This document shows, in pieces, positions 62,749 through 64,000 of a stretch of DNA of 64,000 nt (the first letter of the stretch is position 1; every line of letters starts with the position of its first letter). The notes beneath the pieces are model-generated. The model did no database searches. It was not told the origin of the DNA and saw only the letters and a program-made list of their open reading frames with translations. Source of the DNA: Camelus dromedarius (Eukaryota); assembly GCF_036321535.1 (NCBI RefSeq), contig NC_087447.1:39992001-40056000 (forward strand), in the 5' to 3' direction. The position numbers and the translations under genes were made by a program.

Positions 62749-63199
62749 TGCAGTAGGTTGCACGGTGAACCCCCAAAAGGTATGTCCACATCCTAACCCC
62801 TGGAACCTATGAACGTGATCTTACTTGAAAAAGGGTCACTGCAGATGTACGTAAGTTAAGAATCTTGAGATGAGAATATTCTGGATTATCCTGGTGGGTT
62901 CCAAACCCAATGGTAGGTGTCCTTACAAGAGACCGAAGAGAAGACAGACATACAGAGAAGGCTGAGTGAAGACAGAGGCAGAGATTGGAGTGATGCAGCC
63001 ATGAGCCAAGAGATGCCTGGAGCCGCCTGAAGCTGGAAGAAGCGGGGAAGGATTTTCCACTAGATCCTGCGAGGGAACGTAGCCCTCCTGGCACCTTCAT
63101 TTCAGACTGTCTTCCAGAATCATGAGAAAACTCACTTCTGTTGCCGTAAGCCGCCTCTCTTGTGCTCACCTGTTACGCCAGCTCTGAGAAGTGAATACA
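62749..63199 (+). mobile_element. MaLR solo LTR (MLT1C-like)
   Basis: tatgtccacatcctaacccctggaacct, gaggcagagattggagtgatgcagcca, ending gaataca. Confidence 0.9.
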
Positions 63200-63959
63200 G
63201 CCAGCAAGCCCACCTGGGCTCTTGTACGTGGCCAAGCTAGCCTTATCAGTAACAAATGCTCTATTGTGCTGCTCTGCCTGTCGCCTCCATTGGTTGTGTT
63301 ATTTGTCACCTGGTTCAGAACCCAGGCAGAGATGAGGAACAGAATGTATTAGACCCCTTCAGAGACTCAAAACTGTCTCCCAGGATTGGGATGAAAAGTG
63401 AAATGAGTCAGCGTAAGTGAAACCCCCAGCACAACCTGTGGTGCTTAGTCGGTTTATATAAAGTGGAACTTTCTTTCCCTCCAGAACAGTGACAGGCATA
63501 GTGACCTTCAACTTTTTCAGAGTGCGGTGAGACCCATCTCTACTTTCTGATCTCCCAACCAGACTGCAACCTCTCATTCAGAGGACAGCCAGACAGGTCT
63601 CTACCTTCAATCCATTCAAACCACAAGGAAGGCTTCCCCATTGCAGGTGTGTGACTGCAGGTGGGTCCCCCTAGTCTGGCAGGGAGGGGATGGATTGAAA
63701 ATGCCTTACCCAAATGCCCTCCAGCTCCAGACCCATCACCCAAAATCATTTTAGCCATAGGACTCCACAGCAGAGAACAGGCAACTGAAGATTCTCTGCA
63801 CTAATGGCAGCATGATATGCAAGACATCACATATGAATCTGTCTCAATCACAATTCTGTATGCGCAAGGAGAAAAAATCCTGGGACTTCAACCTAGGAGG
63901 GTGGGCCACCCCACTCCCGCCCCCTTTGCTTTTAGGACTCACTGTGTTGCCTTACTTAC

Positions 63960-64000
63960 ATGATCAGTAGCTCCGACTCATATCGCATTAATTTATTCTT
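63960..64000 (-). CDS. MICALCL: MICALCL/MICAL2 bMERB-domain exon (antepenultimate; 3' part only, truncated by the window edge)
   Basis: The minus strand reads AAG AAT AAA TTA ATG CGA TAT GAG TCG GAG CTA CTG ATC AT|gtaagt = KNKLMRYESELLI(M), the MICAL-family KN.L.R.ESEL motif. The phase-2 donor joins in frame to the next exon. Not in the ORF track. Confidence 0.93.

Noticed and set aside
1..64000. CRISPR arrays, operons, prophage, rRNA or other prokaryotic systems
   Set aside because: The sequence is intron-rich mammalian DNA with no regularly spaced repeat-spacer array and no gene-dense region.

Overview
Mammalian genomic DNA, most likely a camelid (alpaca, llama or camel). That assignment is inferred from four copies of a tRNA-Ala-derived SINE matching the camelid Vic-1 family. 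Two spliced genes lie in tandem on the minus strand. The first is the 3' end of MICALCL/MICAL2: three coding exons of the C-terminal bMERB Rab-binding domain (63960-64000 partial, 60576-60649, 57170-57354) and a probable 3-3.6 kb 3' UTR. The second is PARVA (alpha-parvin): its CpG-island promoter and first coding exon (43286-43421), with intron 1 filling positions 1-43285. The rest is old and lineage-specific repeats (MIR, L2, L3/CR1, L1, MaLR/ERVL LTRs, hAT MITEs) and a few repeat-free blocks that may be enhancers. Almost all ORFs in the supplied track are spurious. I found no prokaryotic-type system and nothing I can call a new biological system. The most testable ideas are an in-frame MICALCL-to-PARVA read-through splice, an out-of-frame upstream ATG overlapping the PARVA start, and alternative polyadenylation that would toggle a let-7 site. 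Repeat subfamily names come from recalled consensus sequences, and repeat boundaries are approximate unless a target-site duplication (TSD) is given.
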